A stretch of DNA of 16,867 bases. Origin: Myxococcota bacterium (GTDB lineage Bacteria; Myxococcota; XYA12-FULL-58-9; JALHOP01). Positions within the stretch are counted from its first letter, which is position 1. Every line of letters starts with the position of its first letter. Positions 1 to 7,227 of this stretch are shown here, one piece after another. The position numbers and the translations under genes were made by a program. The notes below the pieces were generated by a model that did not search any database, was not told the origin of the DNA, and worked only from the letters and a program-made list of their open reading frames with translations. The stretch covers positions 1 to 16,867 of the forward strand of contig JBGGMJ010000002.1 of assembly GCA_041288095.1 (NCBI GenBank), in the 5' to 3' direction.

Positions 1-312
1 GTGCGCGGGATCGAGATCGCGCAAATAGTCCCAAGAGTATATGCCCGTTGCGTGGCTGCCGCCGCCATCGTCTTGCCAAACGATGTTGATGGCGTAGCTA
101 CCAACCTCGTCGATGCGGGTGATGACCGGCTGCGATACGTCGACGAAGCGGACAGGACCGCCGTGACCCTGGCAGTGCGCGCACGGGCAATAGCCGCGCA
201 AATAGCGCAAGGGATAGTGGCTTTCCTTGCCGTCATCCCAGGCGATGCGCAGGCCCCCAGCAGCGCGCTGGACCTCTATTTCCAATGGTTCGACGTTCAC
301 GTCTGCTTCCAT
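1..312 (-). CDS. DUF971 / gamma-butyrobetaine-hydroxylase-like N-terminal domain protein (3' end runs off the window)
   Basis: Not in the ORF track. Manual translation from ATG at 312: MEADVNVEPLEIEV...LRIAWDDGKESHYPLRYLRGYCPCAHCQGH...EVGSYAINIVWQDDGGGSHATGIYSWDYLRDL. It carries the typical LRxxCPCAxC, VGxYAI and HxTGIYSWxYL motifs. Confidence 0.9.
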   Translation of the reverse strand, partial: MEADVNVEPLEIEVQRAAGGLRIAWDDGKESHYPLRYLRGYCPCAHCQGHGGPVRFVDVSQPVITRIDEVGSYAINIVWQDDGGGSHATGIYSWDYLRDLDPAH

Positions 313-356
313 TGGCGAATGGAGACCATCCAAGTCAACATGGTATTGGAGCCTCC

Positions 357-914
357 GTGAGCACGCGCCGTCGCTACGACACCACTGCCTTGGTCGACCA
401 GATGCGCCAGGAACGGCGCCGGAACCTCATCCTGGGTATGTGTGCGGCGGGCACACTCGGGGGCATGGTGGTGTTCTACATGTTCAACATGCGGGGCATG
501 ACCATCCCCGAGGTGCCGGCCGATGCGACCCCGCATGCACCCAAGGGCGGAGTCGCGGCACCGGCGGTCAGTGGCGCCTCGAGCATGGGGGCGCCGCCAC
601 AGGTCGTTGCTCCGACAGTGCCGAGCGCGCCGGCGCCTCAGCCCGTCGCGCAACCAACCATCATCGAGGAACGGCCGCCAAGCATGTCGGTCGTGCGTTC
701 CAACATGCCTTCGGGAGCGCTGGTGTGGATCGACGACGCGGGGGTACCGCGTGGGACACAGCTTGAGCTAACCGAGGGGCGTCACTCGGTGCGGGTGAAG
801 GTTGGTAAGAATTCGATCAACGAGCGCTTCGAGGTGAAGGCTGGCGAGACTGTGGAGCTGCGGCTGGACGCCAAGAAGAAGAAGCTGGTGGTCGAGCGGG
901 TGAAGGGGCGGTAG
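357..914 (+). CDS. Single-pass membrane protein with Pro/Ala-rich linker and C-terminal PEGA-like domain
   Basis: GGAG precedes the GTG at 357. The track start at 285 overlaps the divergent gene. Basic N-terminus, hydrophobic helix LILGMCAAGTLGGMVVFYMF, P/A linker, then VRSNMPSGALVWIDD...LELTEGRHSVRVK (PEGA-like pattern). TAG stop. Confidence 0.75.
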   Translation: MSTRRRYDTTALVDQMRQERRRNLILGMCAAGTLGGMVVFYMFNMRGMTIPEVPADATPHAPKGGVAAPAVSGASSMGAPPQVVAPTVPSAPAPQPVAQPTIIEERPPSMSVVRSNMPSGALVWIDDAGVPRGTQLELTEGRHSVRVKVGKNSINERFEVKAGETVELRLDAKKKKLVVERVKGR

Positions 915-922
915 CGCGGGAA

Positions 923-945
923 AAAATGGTTGGTGTCCCCATTTT
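923..945. repeat. Short palindrome AAAATGG-N9-CCATTTT between convergent genes (REP-like element or bidirectional terminator)
   Basis: Perfect 7-bp arms at 923-929 and 939-945. AT-rich relative to its context. Confidence 0.45.
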
Positions 946-2834
946 CAGTGCGCCTCACCAACCAACCGCACGATATCCTCGCCAAAGCGAGCGATACGCG
1001 ACGGCCCCAGCCCTTTGATCCCATGAAGGTCATCGACCGACCGAGGCTGAGCCGCATCAATCGCGGCAATCACCGCGTTGGTGAGCACCATGAACGACTT
1101 CCACCCCAACGCCCGCGCCTGTCTCTTGCGATAGTTATCGAGGGCGCGAAACACCGGCGTATACCGCGAGCGAAACCGACTCGGCCGCGACGCTCCCTCC
1201 GGCCGCTCACTGGCACCAACGCGCACCGGCCGCCCCGCGAGCCACACCGTCGGATACTTCTGCCCCTTGCGCACCAGCCGGTTGTCGCGAATCAGTCCTT
1301 CGATCGTATCGAGGATGTCCGGCTCCGGCGCGTCGAGCTTGCCGTGTGCCGGGTTCTTCAAGAGCCCGAGTCGCGATACCGCGCGCGCCCGACTGCCGCG
1401 TAGCGCCTTCGTCAGCATCATCTTGCCAACCGGCTTACGCAGCGCGCTCACCATCTCCATGATGATGTCGATCTCACCCGGGGTGAGCTTGCGTCGCGGC
1501 TCACTCACCCGCTGCTTGGCCTCTCGTGCTTGGCGCTTCTCGCGTGCCTGGCTGTTCGCCGAAGCCAGCACGGCGCGCACCCCGTCGGCATCGGTGCAGA
1601 CGTCGCAGCAGCCGCAGACGCCCGGCTCGTCGCCGAAATACTCCGCGATGACGGACTGTCGGCAGGTCTCGCCGTTGGCGTAGTCGACCATGCGCTGCAG
1701 CGCTTCCAAACGCCGAGCCGCATGCGCCGCCGAGCCGCCCTTGTTGGCGAGAAACCGCTGCGTCGCCGTGTCGCCATGGCTATAGAGCAGCAAGCACCGC
1801 GACGGCGCCCCATCACGCCCGGCGCGCCCGGCTTCTTGATAGTACGCCTCGAGGCTGCCCGGCATCTGCGCGTGCACGACGATGCGCACGTTCGAATAGT
1901 CGACGCCCATGCCAAAGGCGTTGGTCGCCACCAGGATGCGCGTTTTCCCCAGCTCGTACGCTGCCTGCGCCCGCTGGCGCGCGAGGTCGGTGCGCCCCGC
2001 GTGGTAATAGCCGGCGGCGAAACCGCGGTCTTTGAGGGAGCCCGCGATCTCCTGCACCTTCTTGCGCGTCGCGCAGTAGATGATGGCGCGGCCCTGCGAG
2101 CGGCTGTCACGCATCCCGTGCTGCTCGAGCACCGCGACGAGCGCTTCGAGGCGCTCTTTGTCGCTGCCCAGCGGCAACACCGCGAAGCGCAGGTTCTCGC
2201 GACGGAAGCCGCCACGTACGCGCACCGGGTCGTCGAGCTCGAGCGTCTTCTCGATTTCGTCGAGCACGCGCGGGGTCGCGGTCGCGGTCAGGGCAATCGT
2301 CGGCACCCCGAGCTCGCGCCGGAGCTCCCCCAAGCGCATGTACTCGGGGCGGAAGTCGTGGCCCCACTGACTCATGCAGTGTGCTTCGTCGACCGCGAGC
2401 ATGGAGATTTCGCAACGCCCCAAGAGGCGTCGAAACCCGTCCGCTAAAGCGCGCTCCGGCGACACGTAGAGCATCGCCAGCTCGCCGGTGCCCAAGAGAT
2501 GCAACACCTCACGCTGTTGTTCGTCGTCGAGACCGCTGTGCAGCGCCCGCGCGCAGACTCCGCGCGCGACCAAGGCGTCGACCTGGTCTTGCATCAAGGC
2601 AATCAACGGCGAGACGACGACACAGGTCCCCTCACCGCGATCGTGCAGCACCAGTGCCGGTACTTGATAGCAGAGTGACTTGCCGCCACCGGTGGGCATG
2701 AGCACGAGCGCATCGCGACTCGTGACCAGGGCCCGGGCCGCATCATGTTGACCCGCGCGAAACGACGGAAACCCGAAGACGGACGACAGGACGTTCAACG
2801 TCGGATCGTTAAGCAGCTCGCCGATCGCACTCAT
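945..2834 (-). CDS. recQ: ATP-dependent DNA helicase RecQ (helicase core, Zn/RQC region, C-terminal HRDC)
   Basis: Motifs MPTGGGKSLCYQ, VVSPLIALMQDQV, VDEAHCMSQWGHDFRPEY, ALTATAT, ATNAFGMGVD and YYQEAGRAGRDG. Zn site CR...CGCCDVC. HRDC-like LHGIKGLGPSRIARFGEDI. Confidence 0.97.
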   Translation of the reverse strand: MSAIGELLNDPTLNVLSSVFGFPSFRAGQHDAARALVTSRDALVLMPTGGGKSLCYQVPALVLHDRGEGTCVVVSPLIALMQDQVDALVARGVCARALHSGLDDEQQREVLHLLGTGELAMLYVSPERALADGFRRLLGRCEISMLAVDEAHCMSQWGHDFRPEYMRLGELRRELGVPTIALTATATPRVLDEIEKTLELDDPVRVRGGFRRENLRFAVLPLGSDKERLEALVAVLEQHGMRDSRSQGRAIIYCATRKKVQEIAGSLKDRGFAAGYYHAGRTDLARQRAQAAYELGKTRILVATNAFGMGVDYSNVRIVVHAQMPGSLEAYYQEAGRAGRDGAPSRCLLLYSHGDTATQRFLANKGGSAAHAARRLEALQRMVDYANGETCRQSVIAEYFGDEPGVCGCCDVCTDADGVRAVLASANSQAREKRQAREAKQRVSEPRRKLTPGEIDIIMEMVSALRKPVGKMMLTKALRGSRARAVSRLGLLKNPAHGKLDAPEPDILDTIEGLIRDNRLVRKGQKYPTVWLAGRPVRVGASERPEGASRPSRFRSRYTPVFRALDNYRKRQARALGWKSFMVLTNAVIAAIDAAQPRSVDDLHGIKGLGPSRIARFGEDIVRLVGEAH

Positions 2835-2844
2835 GGATCATGCG

Positions 2845-2853
2845 AACCTAGCA
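2845..2853 (-). promoter_or_regulatory. Candidate extended -10 (TGC-TAGGTT) for recQ
   Basis: Matches TGn-TAnnnT, 10 nt upstream of the recQ ATG. No Shine-Dalgarno in between. Confidence 0.45.
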
Positions 2854-2941
2854 CCCGCCCCCGACATTCGGGGGGTGTTATCCCGCGACGCGCACCACCT
2901 GGGTGCCGTGGAAGCCCGTCGCCCGCGTGAGGAGGGCGTTC

Positions 2942-3250
2942 ATGACGATTGCTGGAGGAATCGCCGAGCATCGGCGGGCCACCTTCGATCGGACGCGTCA
3001 GGAGGCCGGCGATGCGGACCTGGCCGTCCTGCTCGGGTCCAGTCGTGCCGGGCTCACCATCGGTGTTTCCGACCTCGTAGAGGAGGTCCTGGAGTCGCTG
3101 AACGGCCACGGCGGCGCCGCAGCGCACGTGCCCTGTCAGCCCGTCACCAGGCTCACTCGGCCTTCGCTGCCTCGCGCGAGATGGCCAGGATCAGCGTCCC
3201 GTCCTGAAACGCCGGACCTCCGATGGCGAGCGTGCCGTCCTTGGCGATGA
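2942..3250 (+). CDS. Possible small hypothetical protein (102 aa), divergent from recQ
   Basis: Strong GAGGAGG about 6 nt before the ATG, and GC3-rich codons (MTIAGGIAEHRRATFDRTRQEAGDADLAVLLGSSRAGLTIGVSDLVEEVLESL...). Its 3' end overlaps the convergent gene by 98 nt. Confidence 0.35.
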   Translation: MTIAGGIAEHRRATFDRTRQEAGDADLAVLLGSSRAGLTIGVSDLVEEVLESLNGHGGAAAHVPCQPVTRLTRPSLPRARWPGSASRPETPDLRWRACRPWR

Positions 3251-3587
3251 TGCTCGTCGTCTTGAGCTTGATCTTCTCGATCTCGAGGTCGACGCGGAGC
3301 TTCCCGTACTGGTCGATGTCGCGCGGCTTCACGAAGAGCCATTCCTTGGTGGGGAGCTGCACGCGGCCGGTCGCGCCGAGCTCGAGCGAGAGCTGCGCTT
3401 CGTCCTTGAGCTCGTACGCCGTGAACTTCAGCGACGACAGATCCTTCGCGAGCTTCTTGAGCTTCGGATCGATGCCGGTCGCCTTGTTGTGCGCGTAGAT
3501 GACCTTCACGCCCAGCGTGACCGGCTCGGCCGCAAAAGCGGGCGCGGCGAGCGACAAGTACGCGATAGCGGTCAGAATGAAGCGCAT
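3153..3587 (-). CDS. Secreted hypothetical protein, last gene of the ECF sigma/anti-sigma cluster
   Basis: Signal peptide MRFILTAIAYLSLAAPAFA-A. Beta-rich mature part. TGATG overlap with the anti-sigma stop. Strong codon bias. Confidence 0.85.
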   Translation of the reverse strand: MRFILTAIAYLSLAAPAFAAEPVTLGVKVIYAHNKATGIDPKLKKLAKDLSSLKFTAYELKDEAQLSLELGATGRVQLPTKEWLFVKPRDIDQYGKLRVDLEIEKIKLKTTSIIAKDGTLAIGGPAFQDGTLILAISREAAKAE

Positions 3588-4135
3588 CAGAACTCGAGTG
3601 GTTGCGACCCCGAGTTAGGATCGACCCAGATGAGGGTCGTATTACCACTGTCGTCGTGCAGAACGGTAGCTTTACCGTCTTCGCCGACCTCGAGTGATTC
3701 GACGGTGACCGAGGTCGCGACCACGCCGTTGCCCTGCTGCGGCAAAACACGATCGCGCATGAGGTAAACCACGCCGGGCGCCGACAGCGCTCCCAAACCG
3801 GCGGCGACGGCGACACCGGCCAAGGCCTTGCGATGGAAGAGCAGCACGTCGTCCCACCACGCGCTGAGGCGTGCTGACAGTGTGCGTTCTTTCCTCACCG
3901 CGATGCGCTTGCGGATACCGGCAAGCGCGGCGAGGGGATCGACAGGCTCGGCCTCGAGCTCGGCGTCCACCATAGCGTTCATGTCACGACCGAGGCGGCG
4001 CACGCCTTCGGCCTTCGCGGCGACCGCTGGGTCGTTCTCCACCAGGTCGCGCACCTCGGCCGCGCGCGCCCCGGCCTCGCCGTCGACCCAGGCGTAGAGG
4101 AGCTCGTCTCGCACGGTTCCGCGCTTACCGGTCAT
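3587..4135 (-). CDS. Transmembrane anti-sigma factor (N-terminal anti-sigma domain, zinc-free type)
   Basis: N-terminal ELLYAWVDGE...EVRDLVENDP pattern, one TM segment (ALAGVAVAAGLGALSAPGVVYLM), short periplasmic tail. ATGA overlap with the sigma gene. Confidence 0.85.
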   Translation of the reverse strand: MTGKRGTVRDELLYAWVDGEAGARAAEVRDLVENDPAVAAKAEGVRRLGRDMNAMVDAELEAEPVDPLAALAGIRKRIAVRKERTLSARLSAWWDDVLLFHRKALAGVAVAAGLGALSAPGVVYLMRDRVLPQQGNGVVATSVTVESLEVGEDGKATVLHDDSGNTTLIWVDPNSGSQPLEF

Positions 4136-4839
4136 CGGGACTTCTCCGTCGCTGCTGCGTTCTCGAGCGGGGTGCCAGCGAGGTTCGCTTGCATGCCACG
4201 GCGGGCGTGGAAGAGTCGGCTCATCACGGTGCCCTTCTTGATGCCGAGCGTCTCGGCGATCTCTTCGTAGCTGAAGCCTTCGAGCTCGCGGAGCACGATG
4301 ACTGCTTGGTGAATCTCCGGCAAGCCGCGGAAGGCGCGGTCCAGCTTCGCCGCGAGCTCCTTGCGCTCGTGGGTGTCGTCGGGACCGGCGTCACGATAGC
4401 GCGGCCAGAGCTCCTCACCGGAGCGCAACGCTTCGCGCGTCGTTTCGTCCTCGAGCTCCACGCGGCGCTCGCGGCGACGCTTGCGCATGGTGTCGATCGA
4501 GAGGTTCACGACGATGCGGTAGAGCCAGGTGTAGAAGGCCGAGGAGCCCTCGAAGTCCTTCAAACGGGCATGCACGCGCGCGAAGGCGTCCTGCAACACG
4601 TCCTCGGCGTCGTGACGATCTTTCAACAGACCAAAGGCCACGCGCAGGGCGCGACGATAGTGCCGCGTCACGAGCTCGGAGAAGGCGATCTCGTCGCCAC
4701 GCGCGGCACGCTGCACCAGCAGCTTGTCGGTGAGTGGCTCACTAGTTAGGCGCGGTTCCGATGACGTGGCCGTCTCTCCTGTGACGATACGTAACCGCGG
4801 GCGGGCCGCGGGGACTGCCTGATGTTGCTTGGCGCGCAT
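4132..4839 (-). CDS. rpoE: ECF-family RNA polymerase sigma-70 factor (RpoE-like); start could instead be 4872
   Basis: Region 2: GDEIAFSELVTRHY...DAEDVLQDAF...FYTWLYRIVVNLSID. Region 4: LPEIHQAVIVLRELEGFSYEEIAETLGIKKGTVMSRLFHAR. Confidence 0.93.
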   Translation of the reverse strand: MRAKQHQAVPAARPRLRIVTGETATSSEPRLTSEPLTDKLLVQRAARGDEIAFSELVTRHYRRALRVAFGLLKDRHDAEDVLQDAFARVHARLKDFEGSSAFYTWLYRIVVNLSIDTMRKRRRERRVELEDETTREALRSGEELWPRYRDAGPDDTHERKELAAKLDRAFRGLPEIHQAVIVLRELEGFSYEEIAETLGIKKGTVMSRLFHARRGMQANLAGTPLENAAATEKSR

Positions 4840-4960
4840 TTGCGCGCCCGACTTTTGGCGCGTCTCCTTCATGCTAGCAAAGACGCTCGGACACGATGGA
4901 AAATTTACGCCTAAATCGGCCAAGAGCGTGATGCCGGTCACGCTCGCAAACATCAATGAT

Positions 4961-5785
4961 TCAGCGGCTCTTACCTAGCTCTTTGGAGCGCTCGGTGGCC
5001 GCCTGGACGGCATTGATGAGCGTCGTGCGCAAACCGCCCTGCTCCAAGGTGTGCAAACCGGCGATGGCGGTGCCGCCTGGGCTCGTCACTTGGTCCTTCA
5101 AGACACCCGGGTGGAGGCCGGTCTCGAGCAGGAGCTTGGCGCTGCCGAGGACGGTCTGGGCGGCCAGCGCTTGCGCCTGACGGCGCGGGAGGCCCACCTT
5201 CACGCCGGCGTCGGCGAGCGCCTCGATGATCATGAACACGTAGGCGGGGCCGCTGCCCGAAAGGCCGGTGACGGCGTCGAGCAACTACTCATCGACGACG
5301 GTGACGAAGCCCACCGCTTGGAAGATGGCTTGCGCTTGCGCGAGGTCTTCGTTGCTCGTGTGGATGCCCATGGAGATAGCGGTGGCGCCGAAGCCGACGA
5401 GCGCCGGCGTGTTGGGCATGGCGCGGACGATGCGCGCGCCTTCACCCAAACGCTGCTCGATGGAATCGATGGTGAAACCAGCGGCGACCGAGAGAATGAG
5501 CGGCTTCGACTGCGCGACCGCGGGCGCGATCTGCTCGAGGACCTTGCTCAAGATCTGCGGCTTGACGCCCAGGAGGACGATGTCGGCGTCCTTCATCGCG
5601 GCGATGTTATCCGCTGTAGCGGACACGCCGTAGGTCTTCTCGAGCTCGGCGCGACGCTCGGGACGCGGCGCCGTGCAAACGACGTTCTGCGCCTTGATGA
5701 GGTTCGCGGTGATGAGGCCGCGCACCAAAGCTTCACCCATGTTGCCGGCGCCGATGAGAGCTAGCTTTCGGCCCGATAGCGGCAT
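4961..5785 (-). pseudogene. proC: Pyrroline-5-carboxylate reductase interrupted by one in-frame TAG (5285-5287)
   Basis: Track ORFs 5285..5785 and 4961..5284 are contiguous and in the same frame: [51 protein letters not shown]. It would give 274 aa if read through. The proC identity is clear, but pseudogene status is uncertain. Confidence 0.85.
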
Positions 5786-5787
5786 CG

Positions 5788-7062
5788 TTACTGCGCGCCG
5801 CCGCCGCTGGCGCCCGTTTGCGCCACGCGTGCGTCTTTCAAGTGCTTCAAGACGCTGCGGATCTGCAGGAGGATGCGCGCGTTGTCGGGATCGGCGGCGA
5901 GCTTCTCGAGCGTCGGGATCACCGATTGCGAGCCGAGGTACTGCATGGCGAGCACGGCGCTGCCGCGGATGTAGATCTCGTCGTCGTGGCTCGCGGCGAG
6001 GAGCACCTTCTCGGCTTCGTCGCCGCCGACGACGCCGAGGAGCTTGATGGCGCGGGCGCGAGCGTAGCGCTCACTGCTCGATTGCGCTTCTTTGACGAAC
6101 TGCTGAATCGGCAGCAGCGCGCGCATGGCGCGCAACGACTCGCGGGCCGCCGCGCGGACCTCTTCGACCTCGATGTCGCGTTCGTAAACGCCGAGCACCA
6201 TACGGGCGGCATCCTGGCCGTTGACCCCGCGCAGCACGTTCACCGCGCCACGGCGGACGGCGGCGTCATGATGATCGATGCCGCGCTGCAGGAGCGCCAT
6301 CATGCGCGCCGGCTCGAGCTTGAGCACCGCGACCTTGGTGATCTCGAAGTTCTCGGGTGTCTCGCCGAGAGCACGCTCGAGCACCGGCTCGGTCTCGGGA
6401 GTGATCGGCTGCGCCACCACGTACGCCAAAGCGACCTTGCGCACGCGGGGATCCTCGGCGCCGTTGTACGCGGAGATGACGGCGGGCAACGCTTCGCCAC
6501 GCTCGTACTTGGCGAGAGCGCGCTCGGCTTCTTCGCGCACGAAGGCTTCGCGGTCGACGCCTTGGGCTTTGACGATGTGCGCGATGCCGCGCTGGTCGTT
6601 CAAGTTCGCCAAAGCGGTCGCCGACGCGGCGCGCACCGTATAGTGGGCATCGCTCGCCAGCGCCGAGATCAGCGCCGGTGCCGCGCGGTCGTCATTGCTG
6701 CGGCCGAGCAACACCGCGGCCTGGAGGCGAACCTTGAAAGCATCGTCGTGCGACAGGGCATCGATGAGCCGCTGCACGTAGGCTTCGCGGTCGGCGCGGG
6801 CCACCGGGGTGAGCGACTCGTTCGAGCGCGGTACCGCCTCGCCGTCCTTTTCGGGATCTCCCGGCGAGGGTGGCGGCTGCGACGGCGGTTTCGCCGTGCC
6901 GGCCTTCCCGGGCTGGGCCGCGGGGGCGGTCGTTTTCGAGGGAGTTGTCTGAGCAACGACGCTCTCGGTGAACCCGAGCGCCAAGCCAAAGCCGACCGCC
7001 ACCACCAAACCGGCGGTTGCCTGCTTCACGCAACTGCGCGGCGGCGAACCAAGAAGCGCCAT
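5788..7062 (-). CDS. Exported HEAT/PBS-lyase-repeat protein (start 7062, or GTG at 7029)
   Basis: Hydrophobic signal-like segment (GLVVAVGFGLALGF...VVA-Q), Pro-rich linker, repeated VRxxAAxxLG units (KVRLQAAVLLG, TVRASAATALA, FVREEAERALA, YARARAIKLLG). Stop lies 2 nt before the proC ATG. Confidence 0.88.
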   Translation of the reverse strand: MALLGSPPRSCVKQATAGLVVAVGFGLALGFTESVVAQTTPSKTTAPAAQPGKAGTAKPPSQPPPSPGDPEKDGEAVPRSNESLTPVARADREAYVQRLIDALSHDDAFKVRLQAAVLLGRSNDDRAAPALISALASDAHYTVRAASATALANLNDQRGIAHIVKAQGVDREAFVREEAERALAKYERGEALPAVISAYNGAEDPRVRKVALAYVVAQPITPETEPVLERALGETPENFEITKVAVLKLEPARMMALLQRGIDHHDAAVRRGAVNVLRGVNGQDAARMVLGVYERDIEVEEVRAAARESLRAMRALLPIQQFVKEAQSSSERYARARAIKLLGVVGGDEAEKVLLAASHDDEIYIRGSAVLAMQYLGSQSVIPTLEKLAADPDNARILLQIRSVLKHLKDARVAQTGASGGGAQ

Positions 7063-7157
7063 ATCTCGTTTTGGGTAACACACGTCCGCTGCCCTCTCAA
7101 CGAATTGGCGGAATCAGTTGTCATGTACGCGACGCTCGAGAACGTGAAAACCCTTCG

Positions 7158-7185
7158 TTGAGCTGGCGGCCGACCCGTGTACAAT
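7158..7185 (+). promoter_or_regulatory. Sigma70-type promoter TTGAGC-N16-TACAAT for the HEAT lipoprotein gene
   Basis: -35 at 7158-7163 and -10 at 7180-7185, within the divergent intergenic region and about 42 nt upstream of ATG 7228. Confidence 0.55.
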
Positions 7186-7227
7186 GCTTCCGGCAGTAAC
7201 GAACATCAGCAGCAGTCGGGGGTTTCG

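Noticed and set aside
1..360. Plus-strand 119-aa ORF in the track
   Set aside because: Antisense shadow of the minus-strand DUF971-like gene, which has clear conserved motifs.
3015..3025. Minus-strand GGCCAGGTCCG resembling the SRP RNA conserved helix
   Set aside because: The expected following GAAGGAAGCAGC is absent and no long flanking stem is evident.
4873..4956. Extended N-terminus of the ECF sigma from TTG at 4956
   Set aside because: AT-richer, poor codon bias and contains promoter-like sequence. More likely intergenic.
5285..5287. Genome-wide TAG reassignment (alternative genetic code)
   Set aside because: TAG appears to act as a normal stop at 912-914 and 15209-15211, and no other gene in the window has an internal TAG.
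5818..7161. 447-aa plus-strand ORF, and similar long ORFs at 1530..2447, 7402..8415, 10547..11542, 12372..13166, 13067..14275 and 15215..15958
   Set aside because: Same-register antisense shadows of well-supported genes, as expected in high-GC DNA. No recognisable motifs.
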